DNA of 55,906 nt, the filler included, from Squatina squatina (taxonomy: Eukaryota), in assembly GCA_031763465.1 (NCBI GenBank). It is 4 parts of 4 records of this genome, joined end to end, with 100 filler letters (N's around TTAATTAATTAA, not from the genome) between each part and the next. Parts side by side here need not be neighbours in the genome. Positions count along the whole stretch, not along the records: positions 1 to 14,552 come from JARFOE010000016.1; positions 14,653 to 27,523 come from JARFOE010000057.1; 2 more parts are not named here. The stretch is one strand, 5' to 3'. How positions within the stretch are numbered: the first letter of the stretch is position 1; each line of letters starts with the position of its first letter. The position numbers and the translations under genes are program-made. This document shows, piece by piece, positions 12,220-23,325 of this stretch. The notes beneath the pieces were generated by a model. The model had not been told where the DNA came from. It saw only the letters and a program-made list of their open reading frames with translations, and did not search any database.

Positions 12220-12893
12220 GTGAGTAAATGCAAGTCAAACCTGGGAGTAATGGCACCTACTGGTGCCAAAGATAAATTCAGTTTCCTTCGCTGCTTGTAC
12301 TCCAGTTTCTCCATCCCTTCCCGCATTCTCAGCCTTCAGGGGACACACTTTGGCTGCAGTTACTCTATCACAGCTCTTGTTCTCGTGCTCCCTTCTGTAG
12401 TTTATCGTACAGATCTAGGAAAAAGAGCTTTCTCTCAAGACTCTTCACACCTTCTCCCACTCTTCATTCGGTCTTTCACAGGATCATCTTATTTCCCTCC
12501 CCCTTCCCATCTTCTTACCATCAGGCTTTCAACACCCAAGCTTGTCTTTGCCGAATCACTCCTTCCTGATTGATCTTGCCTTCTCTGTTACTCTGATGAT
12601 GTCTTACTCGATGCTCTTGGCTGCGGTTCTCAACTAAAATGTGTGAATCTTAGATGGTGAGTGATACATGCCNNNNNNNNNNNNNNNNNNNNNNNNNNNN
12701 NNNNNNNNNNNNNNNNNNNNNNNNNNNNNNNNNNNNNNNNNNNNNNNNNNNNNNNNNNNNNNNNNNNNNNNNNNNNNNNNNNNNNNNNNNNNNNNNNNNN
12801 NNNNNNNNNNNNNNNNNNNNNNNNNNNNNNNNNNNNNNNNNNNNNNNNNNNNNNNNNNNNNNNNNNNNNNNNNNNNNNNNNNNNNNNNNNNNN

Positions 12894-13065
12894 CCTGGCC
12901 TGAGTTATGGTCACTCTCTGGCCTGAGATAGGGTCACTCTCTGGCCTGGCCTGAGTAATGGTCACTCTCTGGCCTGGCCTGAGTTAGGGTCACTCTCCGG
13001 CCTGGCCTGAGTTAGGGTCACTCTCCGGCCTGGCCTGAGTTAGGGTCACTCTCTGACCTGGCCTG
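12894..13065. repeat. 28-bp minisatellite
   Basis: About 6 copies of CCTGGCCTGAGTTAGGGTCACTCTCYGG, running into a 221-N gap. Confidence 0.9.
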
Positions 13066-13564
13066 TGTTCGCTGATCTTAATTCAAATGATTACATGGTT
13101 CCATTTTTGTTTTGCATTAGATTTCCACTTTGCCATGTTATTGATGTTGTTTGTTTCAGATTTTTGGATAATTTAAATAATGCACTTTGAATGACCAGGA
13201 GTAGACTATAGTTGGAGCTCCAGCTGGCCTTGGTGCTCCTGGGCTACAGACGAGATTTAATGGGGTTCTTGCTCCTAATCGCTCTCCACTAACCCCTGCT
13301 GGAAAATGGGTGTGCACGTTAGTTGAGGACAGGTTACGGCCTGGCTTTTGATGGTCAAATAACCAGGCCGACGCTCATTACTTGGGCTCAAACATGAAGA
13401 ATGGCCACTTAGCTAAGGTCCAGTAGGCCAGCCAGTACCTGTATATCCATACTGAGCCTGGGACTACTGGTCTGCATGGCTTAGTATCACTGTGGCCTGT
13501 GGATTAGCCCAGGACTAAGCTATCGATGTAATTGTGGCTCCTACTACAATCTAATTTCCAGTGT

Positions 13565-13992
13565 CAGTCTCGGTTCAGTGTTCACACTCTGAATCATCGG
13601 GTCATTCGCTCAAGCCCCACTCCAGAGACTTGAGCACATGATATGGACTGTCACGGATGCAGTGCTGAGGGAGTGCTACACTGTCAGAGGTGCCCTCTTT
13701 CAGATGAGATGTTAAACCGAAAGCCCCGAAACCGAAGCCCTGTCAGCCCTTTCAGGTGGAAGTAAAAGATCTCATGGTGCTATTTCTAAGAGTTCTGGTG
13801 TCCTGGCTAGCCTATCCCTCAACTAGCATCATTAATACATTTATCTCGTTGCTATTTGTGGGACCTTGCCAGGTGCAAACCGCCATATTTTCCGACAATA
13901 CAGCAGTGACAACACTTCAATAGCACTTCACCAGCAGTTAAGTGCTTCGGGACGTCCTGAGTATATGACAAGTGCTATGTAAAGTTCTTTCT
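13565..13992 (+). mobile_element. DeuSINE-type SINE
   Basis: Near full-length: tRNA-like head, core GATGAGATGTTAAACCGA...TAAAAGATCTCATGG...GTGTCCTGGC, and tail GGGACGTCCTGAG...GTGCTATGTAAA. Confidence 0.8.
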
Positions 13993-14090
13993 CTCATACC
14001 CAGCTGGAGGCAGCACCTTCAGGAGAGGGAGAGAGGGAATAGGTAGAGAGAAAGATGGACCTAAAAGAGTGTAATCTGTGCATTTGACAG

Positions 14091-14314
14091 GTGACCTCTC
14101 CCAGATCGGGCAGTGCCTGAACACCTACTGGCAGCAGAAGAAGTGCATGGCCCCTGGGTGTGAGCCGTCCGCGGTCCGTCAGATGATGGCTGTCCTACAC
14201 CCCCATGTTCATGGGCAGAGCCTGGCTGGGGCGGGCGGTGGAGGCTTCCTTTACCTCCTGACCAAGAAACCCCGACAGAAGGAGGAAATCGAGAGGATGC
14301 TGAGAGCGAGCGAG
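14091..14314 (+). CDS. FCSK: L-fucose kinase exon (GHMP kinase C-terminal domain)
   Basis: tttgacag acceptor and GTAAGG donor. Encodes (G)[74 protein letters not shown], with the GAGGGG motif. Confidence 0.95.
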
Positions 14315-14332
14315 GTAAGGAGGTCAACTGTC

Positions 14333-14552
14333 GGTGAAACCCCCACGGTGCACCATCACTGAAACCCCCACAGTGCACGGTCACTGAAACCCCCACAGTG
14401 CACCGTCACTGAAACCCCCACAGTGCACCGTCACTGAAACCCCCACAATGCACCATCATTGAAACCCCCACAGTGCACCGTCATTGAAACCCCCACAGTG
14501 CACAGTCACTGAAACCCCCACAGTGCACCGTCACTGAAACCCCCACAGTGCA
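14333..14552. repeat. 25-bp minisatellite in an FCSK intron
   Basis: About 9 copies of CTGAAACCCCCACAGTGCACCGTCA up to the scaffold end. Confidence 0.93.
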
Positions 14553-14652
14553 NNNNNNNNNNNNNNNNNNNNNNNNNNNNNNNNNNNNNNNNNNNNTTAA
14601 TTAATTAANNNNNNNNNNNNNNNNNNNNNNNNNNNNNNNNNNNNNNNNNNNN
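14553..14652. other. Artificial scaffold-joining linker
   Basis: N44-TTAATTAATTAA-N44, giving stops in all six frames. Confidence 0.95.
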
Positions 14653-15872
14653 AACAAGCTATGTATACGTGTGAATTTTTAAGTGAGGGAAAAACAGCTG
14701 CTGTAAAACTTTATTTTCATTTGTATCCCTTGAGACTGTTGGTATGTTTCAAATGAAGACTTGTAGGAATATACAGAAGGCATCTTTTCAAGCAGATGGC
14801 TAAAGCCTGCATTTTGCTGGAAGAATTAAAAAAAATGCACCAGCAACTGCATTAAAAAGAGTGGAAATATCATTTATCAATTAAATAAAGCAGAATCTAG
14901 CAGCTGCCAGATTGAATTATGAAGAAAATCTGTCCGATCCTGCTTGTTAACCCTTCGGGAGATAGCAAAAGAACTGATTTCTAGAGAAACCAAGCAATGA
15001 AGTTGAATTGCTTACCTAGGTCATACATGTCTATCATACAATCTATGCAGAAGACTAGTATAAAACCAGGAAGAGACATGATTTTATTTTTGAGTGCAGA
15101 AGCAGACTGTTGTTAACAATAAAACTGTTTTCACCGTGTCTGCAATCTCCCCGTTGTGATTGCTGGTTCAGCAGTATAGAAAGCCTCATACACTTTACAA
15201 AATTGCAATTTACTGCCATGAGTGCAGTGTAGATTCAATTTTATGTGAACCTTGAAGAGATGCCGGATTCAATTTGCAATTGTCTTCACAGCTATTGAAT
15301 GTGAACTCTGTATTGTTGTTCTCATTCAGTACCAGAAGTGGCAAATTGTTGAAATACTTCATCCCTTATAATTATCCATGGTGCAGGCTTTGAGCAGCGT
15401 GGCACTTAAAAAAATGTTTCGAAAGACTCTTCCGTTTATTATTTATTCCCCCATCAATGCTAATTTCTGTAAGCTTTATTTTCTGCCTCGTTAGGTTTCC
15501 CATATGTCAAATATTGACCCCATCCAAGAAATCGAACAGATGGAAAGCAAGCCAAACTCTTGAAATGATATCAGGAGCAGGATCTCTGGTAAACGTACTA
15601 AGCAAATGCTTCACTGTGCCAGAAAATGTATCCTGTGGCATATTTTATACAGAGAGAGTGTAATGTTGATGATTCTTTTGTATATCTCAGTGACTGCAGG
15701 CAGGATGTTAAATTGGTGCTACCTGCTGATTTCCATGATTGCTGCATGCAGCCAGCGCTAACCATGCCGTTCNNNNNNNNNNNNNNNNNNNNNNNNNNNN
15801 NNNNNNNNNNNNNNNNNNNNNNNNNNNNNNNNNNNNNNNNNNNNNNNNNNNNNNNNNNNNNNNNNNNNNNNN

Positions 15873-16620
15873 AGCTCACCCGGAGAGTTGGGTGGCACAC
15901 TAGTTCTGCTGCAGCTGATTCAGATGATGACTTCGATGGGCCAGGCTACAGAAGACGGCTGATGGCCGTACATACACAAATGCATGGTGCACTGGAAAGC
16001 CTGCCAGAAAGCCTACGCGCATCAAGGAGCTTGGAGGGATCCAGCTCCAACTTGGCACACGGCTTTGCGCAGAACTTGGAGCACCTCCTTTCCAACATGG
16101 TCACCTCCATCAGCACACCTGTGGAATCCACCNNNNNNNNNNTGTAGTGACTGATGACTGATGCCTTGGCTTCCAATGCAGTACAAACAGCTTCCATAAA
16201 AGGTCTGACCGCTGCCTTGGAAACTCGGATTGCTGACATTGTGGCTGTGGGTACCACTCTTGAAAGGAGCTTCCAGGGTATCTCAGCACTCCAACAATCT
16301 GTTCTCCAAAAGATCACCAGGATTTCTAAGGTTCTGCCCCGAGAGAGTGGCAGTGGCTCCTTTGAAAAGGAACTAGCTGTCCTCTCTGAGGATAGCAGCA
16401 TTCCTGCTCCTTCCCCTGCCACTTGGCCAGTGCCCTTGTTGTTGCCTGTTAGCCAGCCTGCCCAGACTGGTGCAGTTTGAAGCCGGCTCTCTCGGCCCAG
16501 AGCTGCTCGGGTTCGCCCACCAAGGCCATCTGCAGTCTCCTCAATTGGAAGCACCTCATAGGAGCACTAGGAACGGTAATGGTCAGGCGCTAAGGGAATG
16601 CACAAGAATGATTAGTTTCA
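15873..16620 (+). mobile_element. Decayed transposon-like ORF (possibly a PIF/Harbinger accessory protein C-terminus)
   Basis: GC-richer coding-like tract with open frames on both sides of a 10-N gap (DSDDDFDGPGYRRRLMAVHTQMHGALESL...; TASIKGLTAALE...PAPSPATWPVPLLLP), then stops. It is not TBC1D22B sequence. The family assignment is inference. Confidence 0.4.
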
Positions 16621-17324
16621 TTTTGTATGCATTTAATGAGTGAATTGATAAATTTGAAATTGAATTTGCCTTTGGTGGTGGTTTTTATATCTGCGGTGAG
16701 CTGAAGGAGCAACTAAAAAGCTTTGTCAGAAAGAGGATGGTGTGATAGTGATAGAGGAAAGGTATTGACTGTGAACTGTTGATAAACAGGGAGGTGTAGT
16801 TCAGGTTACTGGTGTCGCTCATGAATATACTGATCATGCAGAGCTCTAGCGTATTACGCCTAAAATCTGGTTCTATATGACATAATTTAACCCACTTGTG
16901 TCTGAAAAGTTTCAATTTACAAAACCTCACTTCTTCTGGATAAGTTTTCATATCAATTTCGTGTATTATAAATTTTTGTCCACATTTATAGTGAAACTGC
17001 CTATGTAAGTTGTCATGCTATAATTATGCCACCAGTGGTGGCACTGCAAAGCTTTGCTTTTGTGTCTTCCAATTCCTCCGCCTGTACTGCAGAAAAACAC
17101 TTACGCTCCAAACATGCCTACTTCCTTACTTCCCAAACTGCCATAACTTTTCCTATTTAACTGCAAATAATATCAAATCATAGTATTATATTAAAATAGG
17201 CACCGAATTTCTGACCTTATAATGTTGCCTGAATTGTGTCTTTGCGCTCTGATCCATGTATCCCTTGCCCTCGAACTCCATCTAAAGACTACACTTGCTC
17301 AATGTCTCACGCTCAGCTATGACA

Positions 17325-17695
17325 ATAACTTGACATTTAATGTAGGTAAGCATCCCAAGATGCTTCACAGAGGTGAAGCAGACAAAAATGGACACCAAAC
17401 CAAAGGAGGAGATATTAGAAAGCTGACCAAATGCTTGGGTTTTAAGGAGGATATTGGAGGAGAAGAGGGAGGTGGAGAGCTTCCAGAAGGGAATTCTCGA
17501 ACATAGGGCTTAGACGATTGAAGGCACAGCTGCCAATGGTGGAGCAAAGGGAGGAGGGATGTACTAGAGCACAAAGTCGGATGAATGCAGAGTTCTGGGG
17601 GCTTGTCAGGCTGGAGGATGTCTGAGAAATGGGGAGGAGTTAGGCATTGAAAGCATTTAAATGCAAGGATAAGAATTATAAATTTGAGGCACTAG
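17325..17695 (-). mobile_element. L2 LINE 3' fragment
   Basis: Homologous to 5415-5830 (CATCCCAAG..GCTTCACA...TGACCAAA.GCTTGG...TGAAGGCACAGCTGCCAATGGT). Confidence 0.75.
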
Positions 17696-18529
17696 TCGGG
17701 CTAAGAGCCACTTTAGGTGAGCGTGCAGGTCTGGGGGGAGGGGGGAGCGGTGGGGTTGAGGAAGTTGAGGGGCCATGAAGAAACTGGCAGCGGGCAGGAT
17801 TATTTTTGTGTGGCCAGGAGGAGTTTCCTGGTTCAACTGCTCAATACTCCATTCCACAGGGTAGAGTTCGTACTCGGCCCAATGTAAGGCCAAAATTGCA
17901 TTGGTATCCTAATTTCGGCATAGAACTTTGATTTAAATATTTTAGTGAGGCTGCCCTCATTTCAGATGGGTGCACTGGCTGTTTAGTTTGAGTCCCGTTC
18001 AAAAATTGCATTGGGTGAGCTTCAAATGCGAAATCAGCAGTGTTTTTCAAAAATATTTTTGGCGAAAAGCACAGCAATACGCAGATGGAAATTGTCGCCA
18101 TTGACTCCTGCAGTGACATAGTTACACAGGTGCACTCGGGTACATTTCCCAAGTGCCTATGTGTGAGCTTTGATGCTGAGTATTGGCAGGATGCAGGATG
18201 TTAAATGATGGGAAGCTAAACAACTCCGTAGATCATGTACTCTCAAAATGTCCACGTATCCAGCAGGCATTACTGGATAGAAATCAAGATCGTAAATCTG
18301 CGCAAACTTTTCATTCCATAGCCACGGGTATGGAAGGCAATTGTAGTGCTTCTATTGCCATTTTGATTGAAATCAGCCAACCTGGTATAGACATACAATT
18401 GAACCTGGGACTTGGTGCTCTCTTATGACCCAGCTGCATGCTGCCTTTACCAAATGAGTCATGGGAAAATCTTTTTTTTCTGAAGGTGTGTCTAATGCAC
18501 TAACTACTGAAAACAATTTTTCCCCACAG

Positions 18530-18657
18530 AGCAAGTACACATTCACTTCAGGAAATATGAGGTAGAGTACCTGCAGTTTGCATTCCGCTGGATGAATAAC
18601 TTGCTGATGCGGGAGCTGCCTCTCCGATGCACCATTCGGCTTTGGGACACATATCAG
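18530..18657 (+). CDS. TBC1D22B: TBC1 domain family member 22B exon (Rab-GAP TBC domain); not in the ORF track
   Basis: tttttccccacag acceptor and GTGAAT donor, 128 bp. Encodes (E)QVHIHFRKYEVEYLQFAFRWMNNLLMRELPLRCTIRLWDTYQ. HF..YEVEY and RELP fit 22B rather than 22A. Confidence 0.94.
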
Positions 18658-21591
18658 GTGAATGTTGCAGAACTATATTATGAGTACTACTAGGTTAGTC
18701 TAGATGTTAAAAAGCTTCTAATCATTGACGCAGAGGGAAAGATATTTTTAATGTTAGTCAATATTTAAATGCTGCCAGTGAAAAAAAGTTTGTAACAGCA
18801 GTGATTTGGACTTGTGCATTGCGTAAGAAAAATAGTTAAGAACTACAGTGGAAGATAAGATCTTAAGTTAAATGTGGGACAAGATTTGTATGTATGGTTT
18901 ATGGGCCTATGATCTCTTTCATCTGGAGTAATTTATGCTGATGATTTGAATAATAATAGATGTGAATTAGGTACAGTGATTATTTGCTAGGATGGAAGCT
19001 GATAGTGTTTTAACTGTGTTAATAAAATAAAGGTGCATAATAAGTTGTTACAAAACAAGCACATCGGTAACTCATACCAAGTGTATGTGACTAATTTTAC
19101 TGTGATAAATGTCTTGTTAAAAAGACATGGATTATTTCTGCTTTCCAGTCATATACCGCGATACATTGATGAAAGTGCAAGGATTTCATCACCTGGCTTA
19201 TATTTAACTTATGTTCTTGTGTGTGTATATAAAACAATACTATGCATCAGTGCACTTTTTTAACACAAACTTGAATTGCTGTTGAAGATACTCCCGATAC
19301 TCACTAAGTTTCTACCTCATGTTGTTGTACTTCCTGTGATTGATTGGTCCTGAGACCCCTTGCTATTTTATATTTTCTAGCAAATCTCCCGTGGTTCTGT
19401 TTGTGGTAAGACAGAGTGCAGTGTTCTAGAAGGCCAGCAACATTATACCATGTACAACATAATGTATTGTACTAGTAACTGTCGAGCTGTGTTCCTTCAA
19501 GGCGACAAAGTCTAATGGTAAATAAACACTGTGGGGTGGAATTGGTCAATGTCAGTAGTGCAAAACGGGCTGTTAGNNNNNNNNNNNNNNNNNNNNNNNN
19601 NNNNNNNNNNNNNNNNNNNNNNNNNNNNNNNNNNNNNNNNNNNNNNNNNNNNNNNNNNNNNNNNNNNNNNNNNNNNTACGTACTAAATTAGCTCCCACAC
19701 TGGCACTAGTGCAAAAGGCCTACAAGAGATAGTCCTGACTTATCTCAAAAATCCAGTTTCTCATTGTGTACATCCACAGAATGTCATTTCAATGGATTCT
19801 CTGCCCACATATGTTTCATGTTGTTGTGATTGGTTAAGTGGCTGCAGTGTCTTAATGGTTCCTTTGGGGTAAAAATTAATCTTCCTTCATGGTCATAAAA
19901 TACTGTAAGATTCCCGAATCCATTACACAGAGTAATCACCACAACAACTTTTCTTTCCCCTTGCCTTCATTTGTTCATCAAGACAGTAGTTCTTACTCCC
20001 TTTTAGAAAATGAATGCTGTAAAAGTAATAAATTCCATTATAAAGCAGTGTACTTGGCACAAAATGCCTCCCACTACTGTATATCTTGCATCGTCAGCTT
20101 TTATTGCCTCATACACTACCTCATAATGGAATTTATTGCTTAATTAACATTTTCTGCCAGTTAATTGAAATTCAGTGTTGAAGCACTTCAAGTTCAAATA
20201 ACATCCATGTATTTTTTGTTTCACAGTTACATCAGAGATGGAATGATTTTTCCATTATTGAGCAGACAGTTTCAACCCAACAGGAGATATGGGGCTAGAA
20301 TTTACTATAGCCCGCAATTAGCCTTGCCCTTGCCCATTTAATTTCCATGAGACTGCACTGGAAGTTGCTGTAAATGGGTGATCCACAGGGCATCTGGGAT
20401 CTTTGTGAACAGGGAGAAAGAAACTTGTGTATCTCCTTCACCAATCAGTTTGAAGTATNNNNNNNNNNNNNNNNNNNNNNNNNNNNNNNNNNNNNNNNNN
20501 NNNNNNNNNNNNNNNNNNNNNNNNNNNNNNNNNNNNNNNNNNNNNNNNNNNNNNNNNNCAGTATTTTCAGAGGGAACAATTCCAGTTCTTTTGAATTTTT
20601 CCCTGTTAAAAAAGCTCTTAACAATGCATTGCAGGATGCAGGATAAATCATATTTCACAGTGAGAACATCAATGCAGTGACTACATATAGGAACGCTCAT
20701 GGTACCGAGTTCACTTCTAAAGTCCAAACAAAATAGCAGCTCAGTCAATGTTTTCTCGCACTATAGAGATGAGATCAACAAATAATAGTAGACATTACTT
20801 GTACGATTCCAGGNNNNNNNNNNCAGGGAATTGAGAATAGCAGGCTATTTCAGCATCCTGCTTCAATTGGCCTACCTATCCTCAATGTTTGTTACAGCCC
20901 AGGCAGGCAGTTTCCCATGAAGACTTATGATTTAGTTATCAGTTTGTCACTGACCCATTTGAATGATAATTAATCCATTGTCTGCCAATAAATTAATATT
21001 TTCAAAATTTCTAATGAAAGAAAATGTTTAGAAGACCTGATCATCGTGATGTAATTACTCCCATTAGTTCTGATATTCATATTATACACAACCACCATCC
21101 TATTAGACATTATGATCACTGTCACCAAACTTTCATTTTGAACTTGTTCAACACTTTAGTCATTTTAAAATATAAATAATTTTTCTTAAAATACAAGCTT
21201 GTAGCAATAACCTCTATTTTTCAAGTACTTGTGTTAAAATTGGCTCCTGTATGTTGATTAAATGATTCAACACTAATCAGCGCAAGAGCCTTTTATTACC
21301 TCACATACCCTGACAAACACGAGTTATTGCAAACAAAAATCTGGAGGTTAATCTGATTACATGTAGTATAGATTGATTTTTTACAACTAGAAACACAATT
21401 TCTAAGTAAGGTTTCACAGTAAGTAAAGGCATACAAGTTTGCAGTCAGTTCCGTATGAATTGTGGGTGAAGATGTCAATAATTTAAGACTGTAAGGAGCT
21501 TGGGTGGCATCACAAACTTTGACAGTAAAGCTCAAATGATTTATGGATGTCAGCTGAAATCTCAGTCCAATGACAGCATTGTAAACACTTT

Positions 21592-21820
21592 GGGCACCCA
21601 ATTCATAGTTTTAGTTAGGAGTTAAAATGGCGTTAAATGGGCGCAAAGTGCTGAGCGCCAACTTATAGCATTTTAGCGTGAAATTCGTCTCCCGTTAACA
21701 CCGGCGCTAACCGGGCGTCAACTGGTTTTAGCCACAATCGCGAGTTTTGGTGCTAAAGAGTCCCGATGACGTCGTCAGTGGGCACAACGCCCAAATAAGA
21801 CTCACGCCCTGAAATTAGAC
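21592..21820. mobile_element. CpG-rich terminal fragment of a probable MITE/DNA transposon
   Basis: Abrupt CpG-rich tract starting GGGCACCCAATT in an AT-rich intron, beside a gap. It resembles the GGG..AATT termini at ~19533, ~20291 and 42998. Confidence 0.4.
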
Positions 21821-22039
21821 AAGGCTATAAGGTCTTAACTTTANNNNNNNNNNNNNNNNNNNNNNNNNNNNNNNNNNNNNNNNNNNNNNNNNNNNNNNNN
21901 NNNNNNNNNNNNNNNNNNNNNNNNNNNNNNNNNNNNNNNNNNNAGGCAAGGCAAGTCGAGATCTTTGCATTTGTCTTAATGGCAGATATTTAGTATGATT
22001 GTGTGTATATACCAAACTGAAAATCCGTTCTTTTTAAAG

Positions 22040-22168
22040 GGTCTACTGATGTTGTTGCAGAACCTACCGACAATCCACTGGGGTAACGAAGAAGTTGGCC
22101 TTCTCCTAGCAGAAGCGTACAGGCTTAAGTACATGTTTGCCGATGCACCCAATCACTACAGACGATAA
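22040..22168 (+). CDS. TBC1D22B: TBC1D22B last coding exon; not in the ORF track
   Basis: tttttaaag acceptor. Encodes GLLMLLQNLPTIHWGNEEVGLLLAEAYRLKYMFADAPNHYRR*, matching the TBC1D22B C-terminus. Confidence 0.96.
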   Translation, partial: GLLMLLQNLPTIHWGNEEVGLLLAEAYRLKYMFADAPNHYRR

Positions 22169-22317
22169 ACGATTAGCAAAAGCATTGAGAGACGAATTTA
22201 AACTCCTTGCAGTCTTTCAGGTCAGGTGGACATCAGCTCTATCGACTGAGACAGCAAATGTTTCAACTACTGTGAAAGTAGTTTCTAATTACTTGAAGCT
22301 TTTCTTAAGCTATTATT

Positions 22318-22568
22318 GTAATATACTAAATTGGAAGTAGTACAAGTAAATCGCTGTTCCACCTGGATGAAGTGTTTGGGGCCCTGGACGGTGGGAAGGG
22401 AGGAGTTGAAAGGGCAGGTCTTGCGCGGGAAGGTGCCATGGGAAGGGGCCATGGGAAGGGGAGGAGGTGTTGGGGTTGATAGAGGAGTGGACCAGGGTGT
22501 TGCGGAGGGAATGGTCCCTTCGGAATGCTGAAAGCGGAGGGAAGGGGAAGAAGTGTTTGGTGGTGGTA
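22318..22568 (-). mobile_element. Penelope-like element internal fragment (RT/GIY-YIG linker)
   Basis: The frameshifted minus strand reads TTKHFFPFPPLSAFRRDHSLRNTLVHSS...GPKHFIQVEQRFTCTTSNLVY, a typical PLE AFRR..SLR..LV / FTC.SSNLVY signature. Confidence 0.8.
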
Positions 22569-22747
22569 GTTTCTCAAATCTGTCGTCTTAATTGAAACCC
22601 TCATCCCATGTAACATCTTAGTGATGTACCATTCCCATTGCTTTTATATCCTTCCTATGCCCAAAACTGTGCACAATATTCTAACTGTAGTGTAACCAAG
22701 GCCTGCTACAAATTGAACATTGTCTCCTTGCTTTTGTACTCTATACT

Positions 22748-23325
22748 TAAAGACAAGGAAGTTATGTGAAACCTTTATAAATCACTGTCCTATGCCTCAG
22801 CTGGAGTATTGTGTCCAATTCTGTGCACCGCACTTTAGGAAGGATGTCAAAGCCTTGAAGAGGGTGCAGAGGAGATTTATTCGAATGGTAGAATGCAGGA
22901 CTTCAGTTATGTGGAGAGACTGGAGAAAGCTAGAATCGATCTCAGGAGCACAGAATGTTAATGGGAGATTTCGTAGAGGTGTTCAAAATTAGGAAGGGTT
23001 TTGATAGAGTAAATAAGGATTAAACTCTTTCCACAGGCAGAATGGCCGGTAACCAAAGAACACAGATTTAAGGCAACTGTCAAAAGAGCCAGGTGAGATG
23101 GGGAGAATTTTTTTCTTTTTGCAACGAGTTATTATGATCTGGAATGCACTGCCTGAAAGAGTAATAACTTTCAAAAGGGAATTGGATAAATACTTAAAGG
23201 GGAGAAAATTGCAGGATTATGGGGAAAAAGCAGGGTACTGGGACTAGTTGGATCGCTCTTTCAAAGAGCTGGCACAGGCTGGATGGGCCGAATGGTCTCC
23301 TTCTGTGCTGTAAGATTCTATGATA
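22748..23325 (+). mobile_element. CR1 LINE 3' fragment
   Basis: Encodes [28 protein letters not shown]. The 3' end reads GGGCCGAATGGTCTCCTTCTGTGCTGTAAGATTCTATGAT. Confidence 0.88.

Noticed and set aside
12894-14552. Short repeat arrays resembling CRISPR (also 28855-29325 and 47498-47906)
   Set aside because: The units are head-to-tail with no unique spacers, there are no cas genes, and the context is vertebrate introns. They are minisatellites.
15946-16554. 202-aa minus-strand ORF
   Set aside because: It spans an N gap and is the antisense shadow of the more protein-like plus-strand frames.
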